Positions 24,101-35,909 of a DNA stretch of 64,000 bases are shown piece after piece. Source of the DNA: Eledone cirrhosa (lineage: Eukaryota). The notes beneath the pieces are model-generated. The model saw only the letters and a program-made list of their open reading frames with translations, was not told where the DNA came from and did not search any database. Location of the stretch: contig OZ024744.1 of assembly GCA_964016885.1 (NCBI GenBank), forward strand, positions 47,058,001 to 47,122,000, given 5' to 3'. The stretch's first letter is position 1. Every line of letters starts with the position of its first letter. A program made the translations under genes and the position numbers.

Positions 24101-27100
24101 AGTTTGGGCTGGGTGCTTTTTGCTGTGTCTTTCACATGTCCACTTTACAGTGTGGGCTGGGTGCTTTTTTCAGTGTCTTTCACATGTCCACTTTACAGTG
24201 TGGGCTGGGCGCTTTTTGCAATGTCTTTCAAACGTCAACTTTACAGTGTGGGCTGGGTGCTTGTTGCTGTGTTTTTCTCACGTCCACTTTACAGTGTGGG
24301 CTGGGTGCTTTTTTCAGTGTCTTTCACACGTCCACTTTACAGTGTGGGCTGGGTGCTTGTTGCTGTGTCTTTCTCACGTCCACTTTACAGTGTGGGCTGG
24401 GTGCTTTTTGCTGTGTCTTTCACATGTCCACTTTAAGTGTGGGCTGGGTGCTTTTTTCAGTGTCTTTCACACGTCCACTTTACAGTGTGGGCTGGGTGCT
24501 TTTTGCTGTGTCTTTCACATATCCACTTTACAGTGTGGGCTGGGTGCTTTTTGCTGTGTCTTTCACATGTCCACTTCACAGTGTGGGCTGGGTGCTTTTT
24601 GCTGTGTCTTTCACATGTCCACTTTACAATGTGGGCTGGGTGCTTTTTGTGTGTCTTTCACATGTCCACTTTACAATGTGGGCTGGGTGCTTTTTGCTGT
24701 GTCTTTCACATGTCTACTTTACAGTTTGGGTTGAGCGCTTTTTGCAGTGTCTTTCACACGTCCACTTTACAGTGTGGGCTGGGAGCTTTTTGCTGTGTCT
24801 TTCACATGTCCACTTTACAGTGTGGGCTGGGTGCTTTTTGCTGTGTCTTTTACATGTCCACTTTACAATGTGGGCTGGGTGCTTTTTGCTGTGTCTTTCA
24901 CATGTCCACTTTACAATGTGGGCTGGGTGCTTTTTGCTGTGTCTTTCACATGTCCACTTTACAGTGTGGGCTGGGCGCTTTTGGCAGTGTCTTTCACACG
25001 TTAACTTTACAGATTGGGCTGGGTGCATTTTACTGTCTCTTTCACATGTCCACTTTACAGTGTGGTCTGGGTGCTTTTTGCTGTGTCTTTCACATGTCCA
25101 CTTTACAGTGTGAGGTGGGTGTTTTTGCTGTGTCTTTCACATGTCCACTTTACAGTGTGGGCTGGGTGCATTTTGCAGTGTCTTTCACACGTCCACTTTA
25201 CAGTGTGGGCTGGGTGCTTTTTGCTGTGTCTTTCACACGTCCACTTTACAGTGTGGGCTGGGTGCTTTTTGCTGTGTCTTTCACATGTCCACTTTACAAT
25301 GTGCGCCTTGTGCTTTTTGCTGTGTCTTTCACATGTCCACTTTACAGTTTGGGTTGAGCGCTTTTTGCTGTGTCTTTCACACGTCAACTTTACAGTGTGG
25401 GCTGGGTGCTTTTTACTGTGTCTTTCACATGTACACTTTACAGTGTGGGCTGGGTGCTTTTTGCTGTGTCTTTCACATGTCCACTTTACAGTGTGGGCTG
25501 GGTGCTTTTTGCAGTGTCCTTCACACGTCCACTTTACAGTGTGGGCTGGGTGCTTTTTGCCGTGTCTTTCACATGTCCACTTTACAGTGTGGGCTGTGTG
25601 CTTTTTGCAGTGTCTTTCACACGTCAACTTTACAGTGTGGGCTGGGTGCTTTTTGCTGTGTCTTTCACATGTCCACTTCACAGTGTGGGCTGGGTGCTTT
25701 TTGCTGTGTCTTTCACATGTCCACTTTACAGTGTGGGCTGGGTGCTTTTTGCTGTGTCTTTCACATGTCCACTTTACAGTGTGGGCTTGGTGCTTTTTTC
25801 AGTGTCTTTCACATGTCCACTTCACTGTGTGGGCGGGGTGCGTTTTGCTGTGTCTTTCACATGTCCACTTTACAATGTGGGCTGGGTGCTTTTTGCTGTG
25901 TCTTTCAAATGTCCACTTTACAATGTGGGCTGGGCGCTTTTTGCAGTGTCTTTCAAACGTCAACTTTACAGTGTGGGCTGGGTGCTTTGTACTGTGTCTT
26001 CCACATGTCCACTTTACAGTGTGGGCTGGGTGCGTTTTGCTGTGTCTTTCACATGTCCACTTTACAGTGTGGGCTGGGTGCTTTTTGCATTGTCTTTCAC
26101 ACGTCCACTTTACAGTGTGGGCTGGGTACTTTTTGCTGTGTCTTTCACACGTCCACTTTACAGTGTAGGCTGGGTGCTTTTTGCTGTGTCTTTCACATGT
26201 CCACTTTACAATGTGAGCTGGGTGCTTTTTGCTGTGTCTTTCACATGTCCACTTTACAGTGTGGGCTGGGTGCTTGTTGCTGTGTCTTTCTCACGTCCAC
26301 TTTACAGTGTGGGCTGGGTGCTTTTTGCTGTGGCTTTCACATGTCCACTTTACAGTGTGGGCTGGGTGCTTTTTGCTGTGTCTTTCACATGTCCACTTTA
26401 TAGTGTGGGCTGGGTGCTTTTTGCTGTGTCTTTCACATGTCCACTTTACAATGTGAGCTGGGTGCTTTTTGCTGTGTCTTTCACATGTCCACTTTACAGT
26501 GTGGGCTGGGTGCTTGTTGCTGTGTCTTTCTCACGTCCACTTTACAGTGTGGGCTGGGTGCTTTTTGCTGTGGCTTTCACATGTCCACTTTACAGTGTGG
26601 GCTGGGTGCTTTTTGCTGTGTCTTTCACATGTCCACTTCACAGTGTGGGCTGGGTGCTTTTTGCTGTGTCTTTCACATGTCCACTTTAAAATGTGGGCTG
26701 GGTGCTTTTTGCTGTGTCTTTCACATGTCCACTTTACAATGTGGGCTGGGTGCTTTTTGCTGTGTCTTTCACATGTCTACTTTACAGTTTGGGTTGAGCG
26801 CTTTTTGCAGTGTCTTTCACACGTCCACTTTACAGTGTGGGCTGGGAGCTTTTTGCTGTGTCTTGCACATGTCCACTTTACAGTGTGGGCTGGGTGCTTT
26901 TTGCTGTGTCTTTTACATGTCCACTTCACAGTGTGGGCTGGGTGCTTTTTGCTGTGTCTTTCAGATGTCCACTTTACAATGTGGGCTGGGTGCTTTTTGC
27001 TGTGTCTTTCACATGTCCACTTTACAATGTGGGCTGGGTGCTTTTTGCTGTGTCTTTCACATGTCCACTTTACAGTGTGGGCTGTGCGCTTTTGGCAGTG

Positions 27101-30100
27101 TCTTTCACACGTTAACTTTACAGATTGGGCTGGGTGCATTTTACTGTCTCTTTCACATGTCCACTTTACAGTGTGGTCTGGGTGCTTTTTGCTGTGTCTT
27201 TCACATGTCCACTTTACAGTGTGAGCTGGGTGTTTTTGCTGTGTCTTTCACATGTCCACTTTACAGTGTGGGCTGGGTGCATTTTGCAGTGTCTTTCACA
27301 CGTCCACTTTACAGTGTGGTCTGGGTGCTTTTTGCAGTGTCTTTCACACGTCAACTTTACAGTGTGGGCTGGGTGCTTTTTACTGTGTCTTTCACATGTC
27401 CACTTTACAGTGTGGGCTGGGTGCTTTTTGCTGTGTCTTTCACATGTCCACTTTACAGTGTGGGCTGGGTGCTTTTTGCAGTGTCCTTCACACGTCCACT
27501 TTACAGTGTGGGCTGGGTGCTTTTTGCTGTGTCTTTCACACGTCCACTTTACAGTGTGGGCTGGGTGCTTTTTGCCGTGTCTTTCACATGTCCACTTTAC
27601 AGTGTGGGCTGTGTGCTTTTTGCAGTGTCTTTCACACGTCAACTTTACAGTGTGGGCTGGGTGCTTTTTGCTGTGTCTTTCACATGTCCACTTCACAGTG
27701 TGGGCTGGGTGCTTTTTGCTGTGTCTTTCACATGTCCACTTTACAGTGTGGGCTGGGTGCTTTTTGCTGTGTCTTTCACATGTCCACTTTACAGTGTGGG
27801 CTTGGTGCTTTTTTCAGTGTCTTTCACATGTCCACTTCACGGTGTGGGCGGGGTGCTTTTTGCTGTGTCTTTCACATGTCCACTTTACAATGTGGGCTGG
27901 GTGCTTTTTGCTGTGTCTTTCAAATGTCCACGTTACAATGTGGGCTGGGCGCTTTTTGCAGTGTCTTTCAAACGTCAACTTTACAGTGTGGGCTGGGTGC
28001 TTTGTACTGTGTCTTCCACATGTCCACTTTACAGTGTGGGCTGGGTGCGTTTTGCTGTGTCTTTCACATGTCCACTTTACAGTGTGGGCTGGGTGCTTTT
28101 TGCATTGTCTTTCACACGTCCACTTTACAGTGTGGGCTGGGTACTTTTTGCTGTGTCTTTCACACGTCCACTTTACAGTGTAGGCTGGGTGCTTTTTGCT
28201 GTGTCTTTCACATGTCCACTTTACAATGTGAGCTGGGTGCTTTTTGCTGTGTCTTTCACATGTCCACTTTACAGTGTGGGCTGGGTGCTTGTTGCTGTGT
28301 CTTTCTCACTTCCACTTTACAGTGTGGGCTGGGTGCTTTTTGCTGTGGCTTTCACATGTCCACTTTACAGTGTGGGCTGGGTGCTTTTTGCTGTGTCTTT
28401 CACATGTCCACTTTATAGTGTGGGCTGGGTGCTTTTTACTGTGTCTTTCACATGTCCACTTTACAATGTGAGCTGGGTGCTTTTTGCTGTGTCTTTCACA
28501 TGTCCACTTTACAGTGTGGGCTGGGTGCTTGTTGCTGTGTCTTTCTCACGTCCACTTTACAGTGTGGGCTGGGTGCTTTTTGCTGTGGCTTTCACATGTC
28601 CACTTTACAGTGTGGGCTAGGTGCTTTTTTCAGTGTCTTTCACACGTCCACTTTACATTGTGGGCTGGGTGCTTGTTGCTGTGTCTTTCGCACGTCCACT
28701 TTACAGTGTGGGCTGGGTGCTTTTTGCTGTGTCTTTCACATGTCCACTTTACAGTGTGGGCTGGGTGCTTTTTTCAGTGTCTTTCACATGTCCACTTTAC
28801 AGTGTGGGCTGGGCGCTTTTTGCAGTGTCTTTCAAACGTCAACTTTACAGTGTGGGCTGGGTGCTTTTTACTGTGTCTTTCACATGTCCACTTTACAGTG
28901 TGGGCTGGGGGCTTGTTGCTGTGTCTTTCTCACGTCCACTTTACAGTGTGGGCTGGGTGCTTTTTGCTGTGTCTTTCACATGTCCACTTTACAGTGTGGG
29001 CTGGGTGCTTTTTTCAGTGTCTTTCACACGTCCACTTTACAGTGTGGGCTGTGTGCTTGTTGCTGTGTCTTTCTCACGTCCACTTTACAGTGTGGGCTGG
29101 GTGCTTTTTGCTGTGTCTTTCACATGTCCACTTTAGAGTGTGGGCTGGGTGCTTTTTTCAGTGTCTTTCACACGTCCACTTTACAGTGTGGGCTGGGTGC
29201 TTGTTGCTGTGTCTTTCTCACGTCCACTTTACAGTGTGGGCTGGGTGCTTTTTGCTGTGTCTTTCACATGTCCACTTTACAGTGTGGGCTGGGTGCTTTT
29301 TGCTGTGTCTTTCACACATCAACTTTACAGTGTGGGCAGGGTGCTTTTTGCTGTGTCTTTCACAAGTCAACTTTACAGTGTGGGCTGGGTGCTTTTTGCT
29401 GTGTCTTTCACACGTCAACTTTACAGTGTGGGCTGGGTGCTTTTTGCTGTGTCTTTCAACTGTCCACTTTACAGTGTGGGCTGTGTGCTTTTTGCATGTC
29501 TTTCACACGTCCACTTTACAGTGCGGGCTGGGTGCTTTTTTCAGTGTCTTTCACACGTCCACTTTACAGTGTGGGCTGGGTGCTTTTTGCTGTGTCTTTA
29601 CACATGTCCACTTTACAGTGTGGGCTGGGTGCTTTTTGCTATTTCTTTCACATGTCAACTTTACAATGTGGGCTGGGTGCTTTTTGATGTGTCTTTCACA
29701 TGTCCACTTTACAGTGTGGGCTGGGTGCTTGTTGCTGTGTCTTTCTCACGTCCACTTTACAGTGTGGGCTGGGTGCTTTTTGCTGTGTCTTTCACATCTC
29801 CACTTTACAGTGTGGGCTGGGTGCTTTTTTCAGTGTCTTTCACATGTCCACTTCACAGTGTGGGCGGGGTGCTTTTTGCTGTGTCTTTCACATGTCTACT
29901 TTACAATGTGGGCTGGGTGCTTTTTGTTGTGTCTTTCAAATGTCCACTTTACAATGTGGGCTGGGTGCTTTTTGCTGTGTCTTTCACATGTCCACTTTAC
30001 AGTGTGGGCTGGGCGCTTTTTGCAGTGTCTTTCAAACGTCAACTTTACAGTGTGGACTGGGTGCTTTTTACTGTGTCTTTCACATGTCCACTTTACAGTG

Positions 30101-31329
30101 TGGGCAGGGTGCTTTTTGCTGTGTCTTTGACATGTCCACTTCACAGGGTGGGCTGGGTGCTTTTTGCTGTGTCTTTGACATGTCCACTTCACAGGGTGGG
30201 CTGGGTGCTTTTTGCTGTGTCTTTCACATGTCCACTTTACATTGTGGGCCTGGGTTTTTTTTTCTGTGTCTTTCACATGTCAACTTTACAGTGTGGGCTG
30301 GGTGCTTTTTTCAGTGTCTTTCACACGTCCACTTTACAGTGTGGGCTGGGTGCTTGTTGCTGTGTCTTTCTCACGTCCACTTTACAGTGTGGGCTGGGTG
30401 CTTTTTGCTGTGTCTTTCACATGTCCACTTTAAGTGTGGGCTGGGTGCTTTTTTCAGTGTCTTTCACACGTCCACTTTACAGTGTGGGCTGGGTGCTTTT
30501 TGCTGTGTCTTTCACATATCCACTTTACAGTGTGGGCTGGGTGCTTTTTGCTGTGTCTTTCACATGTCCACTTCACAGTGTTGGCTGGGTGCTTTTTGCT
30601 GTGTCTTTCACATGTCCACTTTACAATGTGGGCTGGGTGCTTTTTGCTGTGTCTTTCAAATGTCCACTTTACAATGTGGGCTGGGTGCTTTTTGCTGTGT
30701 CTTTCACATGTCCACTTTACAGTGTGGGCTGGGTGCTTTTTGCAGTGTCCTTCACACGTCCACTTTACAGTGTGGGCTGGGTGCTTTTTGCTGTGTCTTT
30801 CACACGTCCACTTTACAGTGTGGGCTGGGTGCTTTTTGCCGTGTCTTTCACATGTCCACTTTACAGTGTGGGCTGTGTGCTTTTTGCAGTGTCTTTCACA
30901 CGTCAACTTTACAGTGTGGGCCGGGTGCTTTTTGCTGTGTCTTTCACATGTCCACTTCACAGTGTGGGCTGGGTGCTTTTTGCTGTGTCTTTCACATGTC
31001 CACTTTACAGTGTGGGCTGGGTGCTTTTTGCTGTGTCTTTCACATGTCCACTTTACAGTGTGGGCTTGGTGCTTTTTTCAGTGTCTTTCACATGTCCACT
31101 TCACGGTGTGGGCGGGGTGCTTTTTGCTGTGTCTTTCACATGTCCACTTTACAATGTGGGCTGGGTGCTTTTTGCTGTGTCTTTCAAATGTCCACTTTAC
31201 AATGTGGGCTGGGCGCTTATTGCTATTTCTTTCACATGTCAACTTTACAATGTGGGCTGGATGCTTTTTACTGTGTCTTTCACATGTCCACTTTACAGTG
31301 TGGGCTGGGTGCTTTTTTCAGTGTCTTTC

Positions 31330-34300
31330 ACACGTCCACTTTACAGTGTGGGCTGGGTGCTTGCTGCTGTGTCTTTCTCACGTCCACTTTACAGTGTGGG
31401 CTGGGTGCTTTTTGCTGTGTCTTTGACATGTCCACTTTACAGTGTGGGCTGGGTGCTTTTTTCAGTGTCTTTCACACGTCCACTTTACAGTGTGGGCTGG
31501 GTGCTTGTTGCTGTGTCTTTCTCACGTCCACTTCACAGTGTGGGCTGGGTGCTTTTTGCTGTGTCTTTCACATGTCCACTTTACAGTGTGGGCTGGGTGC
31601 TTTTTGCTGTGTCTTTCACATGTCTACTTAATAGTGTGGGCTGGGTGCTTTTTGCTGTGTCTTTCACATGTCCACTTTACAACGTGGGCTGGGTGCTTTT
31701 TGCTGTGTCTTTCACATGTCCACTTTACAATGTGGACTGGGTGCTTTTTGCTGTGTCTTTCACATGTCCACTTTACAGTGTGGGCTGGGTGCTTTTTGCT
31801 GTGTCTTTCACATTTCCACTTCACAGTGTGGGCTGGGTGCTTTTTGCTGTGTCTTTCACATGTCCACTTTACAGTGTGGGCTGGGTGCTTTTTGCTGTGT
31901 CTTTCACATGTCCACGTTACAGTGTGGGCTGGGTGCTTTTTGCTGTGTCTTTCACATGTCCACTTTACAATGTGGGCTGGGTGCTTTTTGCTGTGTCTTT
32001 CACATGTCCACTTCACAGTGTTGGCTGGGTGCTTTTTGCTGTGTCTTTCACATGTCCACTTTACAATGTGGGCTGGGTGCTTTTTGCTGTGTCTTTCACA
32101 TGTCCACTTTACAATGTGGGCTGGGTGCTTTTTGCTGTGTCTTTCACATGTCCACTTTACAGTTTGGGTTGAGCGCTTTTTGCAGTGTCTTTCACACGTC
32201 AACTTTACAGTGTGGGCTGGGTGCTTTTTACTGTGTCTTTCACATGTCCACTTTACAGTGTGGGCTGGGTGCTTTTTGCTGTGTCTTTCACATGTCCACT
32301 TTACAGTGTGGGCTGGGTGCTTTTTGCAGTGTCTTTCACACGTCCACTTTACAGTGTGGGCTGGGTGCTTTTTGCTGTGTCTTTCACACGTCCACTTTAC
32401 AGTGTGGGCTGGGTGCTTTTTGCCGTGTCTTTCACATGTCCACTTTACAGTGTGGGCTGTGTGCTTTTTGCAGTGTCTTTCACACGTCAACTTTACAGTG
32501 TGGGCTGGGTGCTTTTTGCTGTGTCTTTCACATGTTCACTTCACAGTGTGGGCTGGGTGCTTTTTGCTGTGTCTTTCACATGTCCACTTTACAGTGTGGG
32601 CTGGGTGCTTTTTGCTGTGTCTTTCACATGTCCACTTTACAGTGTGGGCTTGGTGCTTTTTTCAGTGTCTTTCACATGTCCACTTCACGGTGTGGGCGGG
32701 GTGCTTTTTGCTGTGTCTTTCACATGTCCACTTTACAATGTGGGCTGGGTGCTTTTTGCTGTGTCTTTCAAATGTCCACTTTACAATGTGGGCTGGGCGC
32801 TTTTTGCTATTTCTTTCACATGTCAACTTTACAATGTGGGCTGGGTGCTTTTTACTGTGTCTTTCACACGTCCACTTTACAGTGTGGGCTGGGTGCTTGC
32901 TGCTGTGTCTTTCTCACGTCCACTTTACAGTGTGGGCTGGGTGCTTTTTGCTGTGTCTTTGACATGTCCACTTTACAGTGTGGGCTGGGTGCTTTTTTCA
33001 GTGTCTTTCACACGTCCACTTTACAGTGTGGGCTGGGTGCTTGTTGCTGTGTCTTTCTCACGTCCACTTCACAGTGTGGGCTGGGTGCTTTTTGCTGTGT
33101 CTTTCACATGTCCACTTTACAGTGTGGGCTGGGTGCTTTTTGCTGTGTCTTTCACATGTCTACTTAATAGTGTGGGCTGGGTGCTTTTTGCTGTGTCTTT
33201 CACATGTCCACTTTACAACGTGGGCTGGGTGCTTTTTGCTGTGTCTTTCACATGTCCACTTTACAATGTGGACTGGGTGCTTTTTGCTGTGTCTTTCACA
33301 TGTCCACTTTACAGTGTGGGCTGGGTGCTTTTTGCTGTGTCTTTCACATGTCCACTTCACAGTGTGGGCTGGGTGCTTTTTGCTGTGTCTTTCACATGTC
33401 CACTTTACAGTGTGGGCTGGGTGCTTTTTGCTGTGTCTTTCACATGTCCACGTTACAGTGTGGGCTGGGTGCTTTTTGCTGTGTCTTTCACATGTCCACT
33501 TTACAATGTGGGCTGGGTGCTTTTTGCTGTGTCTTTCACATGTCCACTTCACAGTGTTGGCTGGGTGCTTTTTGCTGTGTCTTTCACATGTTCACTTTAC
33601 AATGTGGGCTGGGTGCTTTTTGCTGTGTCTTTCACATGTCCACTTTACAATGTGGGCTGGGTGCTTTTTGCTGTGTCTTTCACATGTCCACTTTACAGTT
33701 TGGGTTGAGCGCTTTTTGCAGTGTCTTTCACACGTGAACTTTACAGTGTGGGCTGGGTGCTTTTTACTGTGTCTTTCACATGTCCACTTTACAGTGTGGG
33801 CTGGGTGCTTTTTGCTGTGTCTTTCACATGTCCACTTTACAGTGTGGGCTGGGTGCTTTTTGCAGTGTCTTTCACACGTCCACTTTACAGTGTGGGCTGG
33901 GTGCTTTTTGCTGTGTCTTTCACACGTCCACTTTACAGTGTGGGCTGGGTGCTTTTTGCCGTGTCTTTCACATGTCCACTTTACAGTGTGGGCTGTGTGC
34001 TTTTTGCAGTGTCTTTCACACGTCAACTTTACAGTGTGGGCTGGGTGCTTTTTGCTGTGTCTTTCACATGTTCACTTCACAGTGTGGGCTGGGTGCTTTT
34101 TGCTGTGTCTTTCACATGTCCACTTTACAGTGTGGGCTGGGTGCTTTTTGCTGTGTCTTTCACATGTCCACTTTACAGTGTGGGCTTGGTGCTTTTTTCA
34201 GTGTCTTTCACATGTCCACTTCACGGTGTGGGCGGGGTGCTTTTTGCTGTGTCTTTCACATGTCCACTTTACAATGTGGGCTGGGTGCTTTTTGCTGTGT

Positions 34301-34340
34301 CTTTCAAATGTCCACTTTACAATGTGGGCTGGGCGCTTTT
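31330..34340. repeat. Tandem duplication of exactly 32 monomers (1536 bp)
   Basis: ORF pairs 31442/32978, 31668/33204 and 32185/33721 differ by 1536. The private variant TACAACGTGG is in both copies. Confidence 0.88.
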
Positions 34341-34999
34341 TGCAGTGTCTTTCAAACGTCAACTTTACAGTGTGGGCTGGGTACTTTTTGCTGTGTCTTT
34401 CACACGTCCACTTTACAGTGTAGGCTGGGTGCTTTTTGCTGTGTCTTTCACATGTCCACTTTACAGTGTGGGCTGGGTGCTTTTTGCTGTGTCTTTCACA
34501 TGTCCACTTTACAGTGTGGGCTGGGTGCTTTTTGCTGTGTCTTTCACATGTCCACTTTACAATGTGAGCTGGGTGCTTTTTGCTGTGTCTTTCACATGTC
34601 CACTTTACAGTGTGGGCTGGGTGCTTGTTGCTGTGTCTTTCTCACGTCCACTTTACAGTGTGGGCTGGGTGCTTTTTGCTGTGGCTTTCACATGTCCACT
34701 TTACATTGTGGGCTAGGTGCTTTTTTCAGTGTCTTTCACACGTCCACTTTACATTGTGGGCTGGGTGCTTGTTGTTGTGTCTTTCTCACGTCCACTTTAC
34801 AGTGTGGGCTGGGTGCTTTTTGCTGTGTCTTTCACATGTCCACTTTACAGTGTGGGCTGGGTGCTTTTTTCAGTGTCTTTCACATGTCCACTTTACAGTG
34901 TGGGCTGGGCGCTTTTTGCAGTGTCTTTCAAACGTCAACTTTACAGTGTGGGCTGGGTGCTTTTTACTGTGTTTTTCACATGTCCACTTTACAGTGTGG

Positions 35000-35580
35000 G
35001 CTGGGTGCTTGTTGCTGTGTCTTTCTCACGTCCACTTTACAGGGTGGGCTGGGTGCTTTTTGCTGTGTCTTTCACATGTCCACTTTACAGTGTGGGCTGG
35101 GTGCTTTTTTCAGTGTCTTTCACACGTCCACTTTACAGTGTGGGCTGGGTGCTTGTTGCTGTGTCTTTCTCACGTCCACTTTACAGTGTGGGCTGGGTGC
35201 TTTTTGCTGTGTCTTTCACATGTCCACTTTACAGTGTGGGCCGGGTGCTTTTTTCAGTGTCTTTCACACCGTCCACTTTACAGTGTGGGCTGGGTGCTTG
35301 TTGCTGTGTCTTTCTCACGTCCACTTTACAGTGTGGGCTGGGTGCTTTTTGCTGTGTCTTTCACATGTCCACTTTACAGTGTGGGCTGGGTGCTTTTTTC
35401 AGTGTCTTTCACACGTCCACTCTACAGTGTGGGCTGGGTGCTTGTTGCTGTGTCTTTCTCACGTCCACTTTACAGTGTGGGCTGGGTGCTTTTTGCTGTG
35501 TCTTTCACATGTCCACTTTAAGTGTGGGCTGGGTGCTTTTTTCAGTGTCTTTCACACGTCCACTTTACAGTGTGGGCTGG
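35000..35580. repeat. Four tandem copies of a 3-monomer (144 bp) unit
   Basis: The order CTTGTTG..CTCACG subtype / near-consensus / TTTTTTCAG subtype repeats at about 35008, 35152, 35297 and 35441. Confidence 0.85.
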
Positions 35581-35909
35581 GTGCTTTTTGCTGTGTCTTT
35601 CACATATCCACTTTACAGTGTGGGCTGGGTGCTTTTTGCTGTGTCTTTCACATGTCCACTTCACAGTGTTGGCTGGGTGCTTTTTGCTGTGTCTTTCACA
35701 TGTCCACTTTACAATGTGGGCTGGGTGCTTTTTGCTGTGTCTTTCAAATGTCCACTTTACAATGTGGGCTGGGTGCTTTTTGCTGTGTCTTTCACATGTC
35801 CACTTTACAGTGTGGGCTGGGTGCTTTTTGTAGTGTCCTTCACACGTCCACTTTACAGTGTGGGCTGGGTGCTTTTTGCTGTGTCTTTCACACGTCCACT
35901 TTACAGTGT

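Noticed and set aside
31624-32490. Minus-strand Cys/His/Lys-rich repeat as a zinc-finger array
   Set aside because: The period is 16 aa with one Cys, not the 28-aa C-x2-C-x12-H-x3-H pattern with a TGEKP linker, and the frame is often broken by TGA variants.
6640-35525. Indels and duplications as sequencing or assembly artefacts
   Set aside because: The same non-homopolymer deletion (CACTTTAAGTG) recurs in homologous context near 6645, 15085, 17530, 18297, 24434, 30431 and 35519, and duplicated blocks carry private differences. One-off T-run indels could still be errors.
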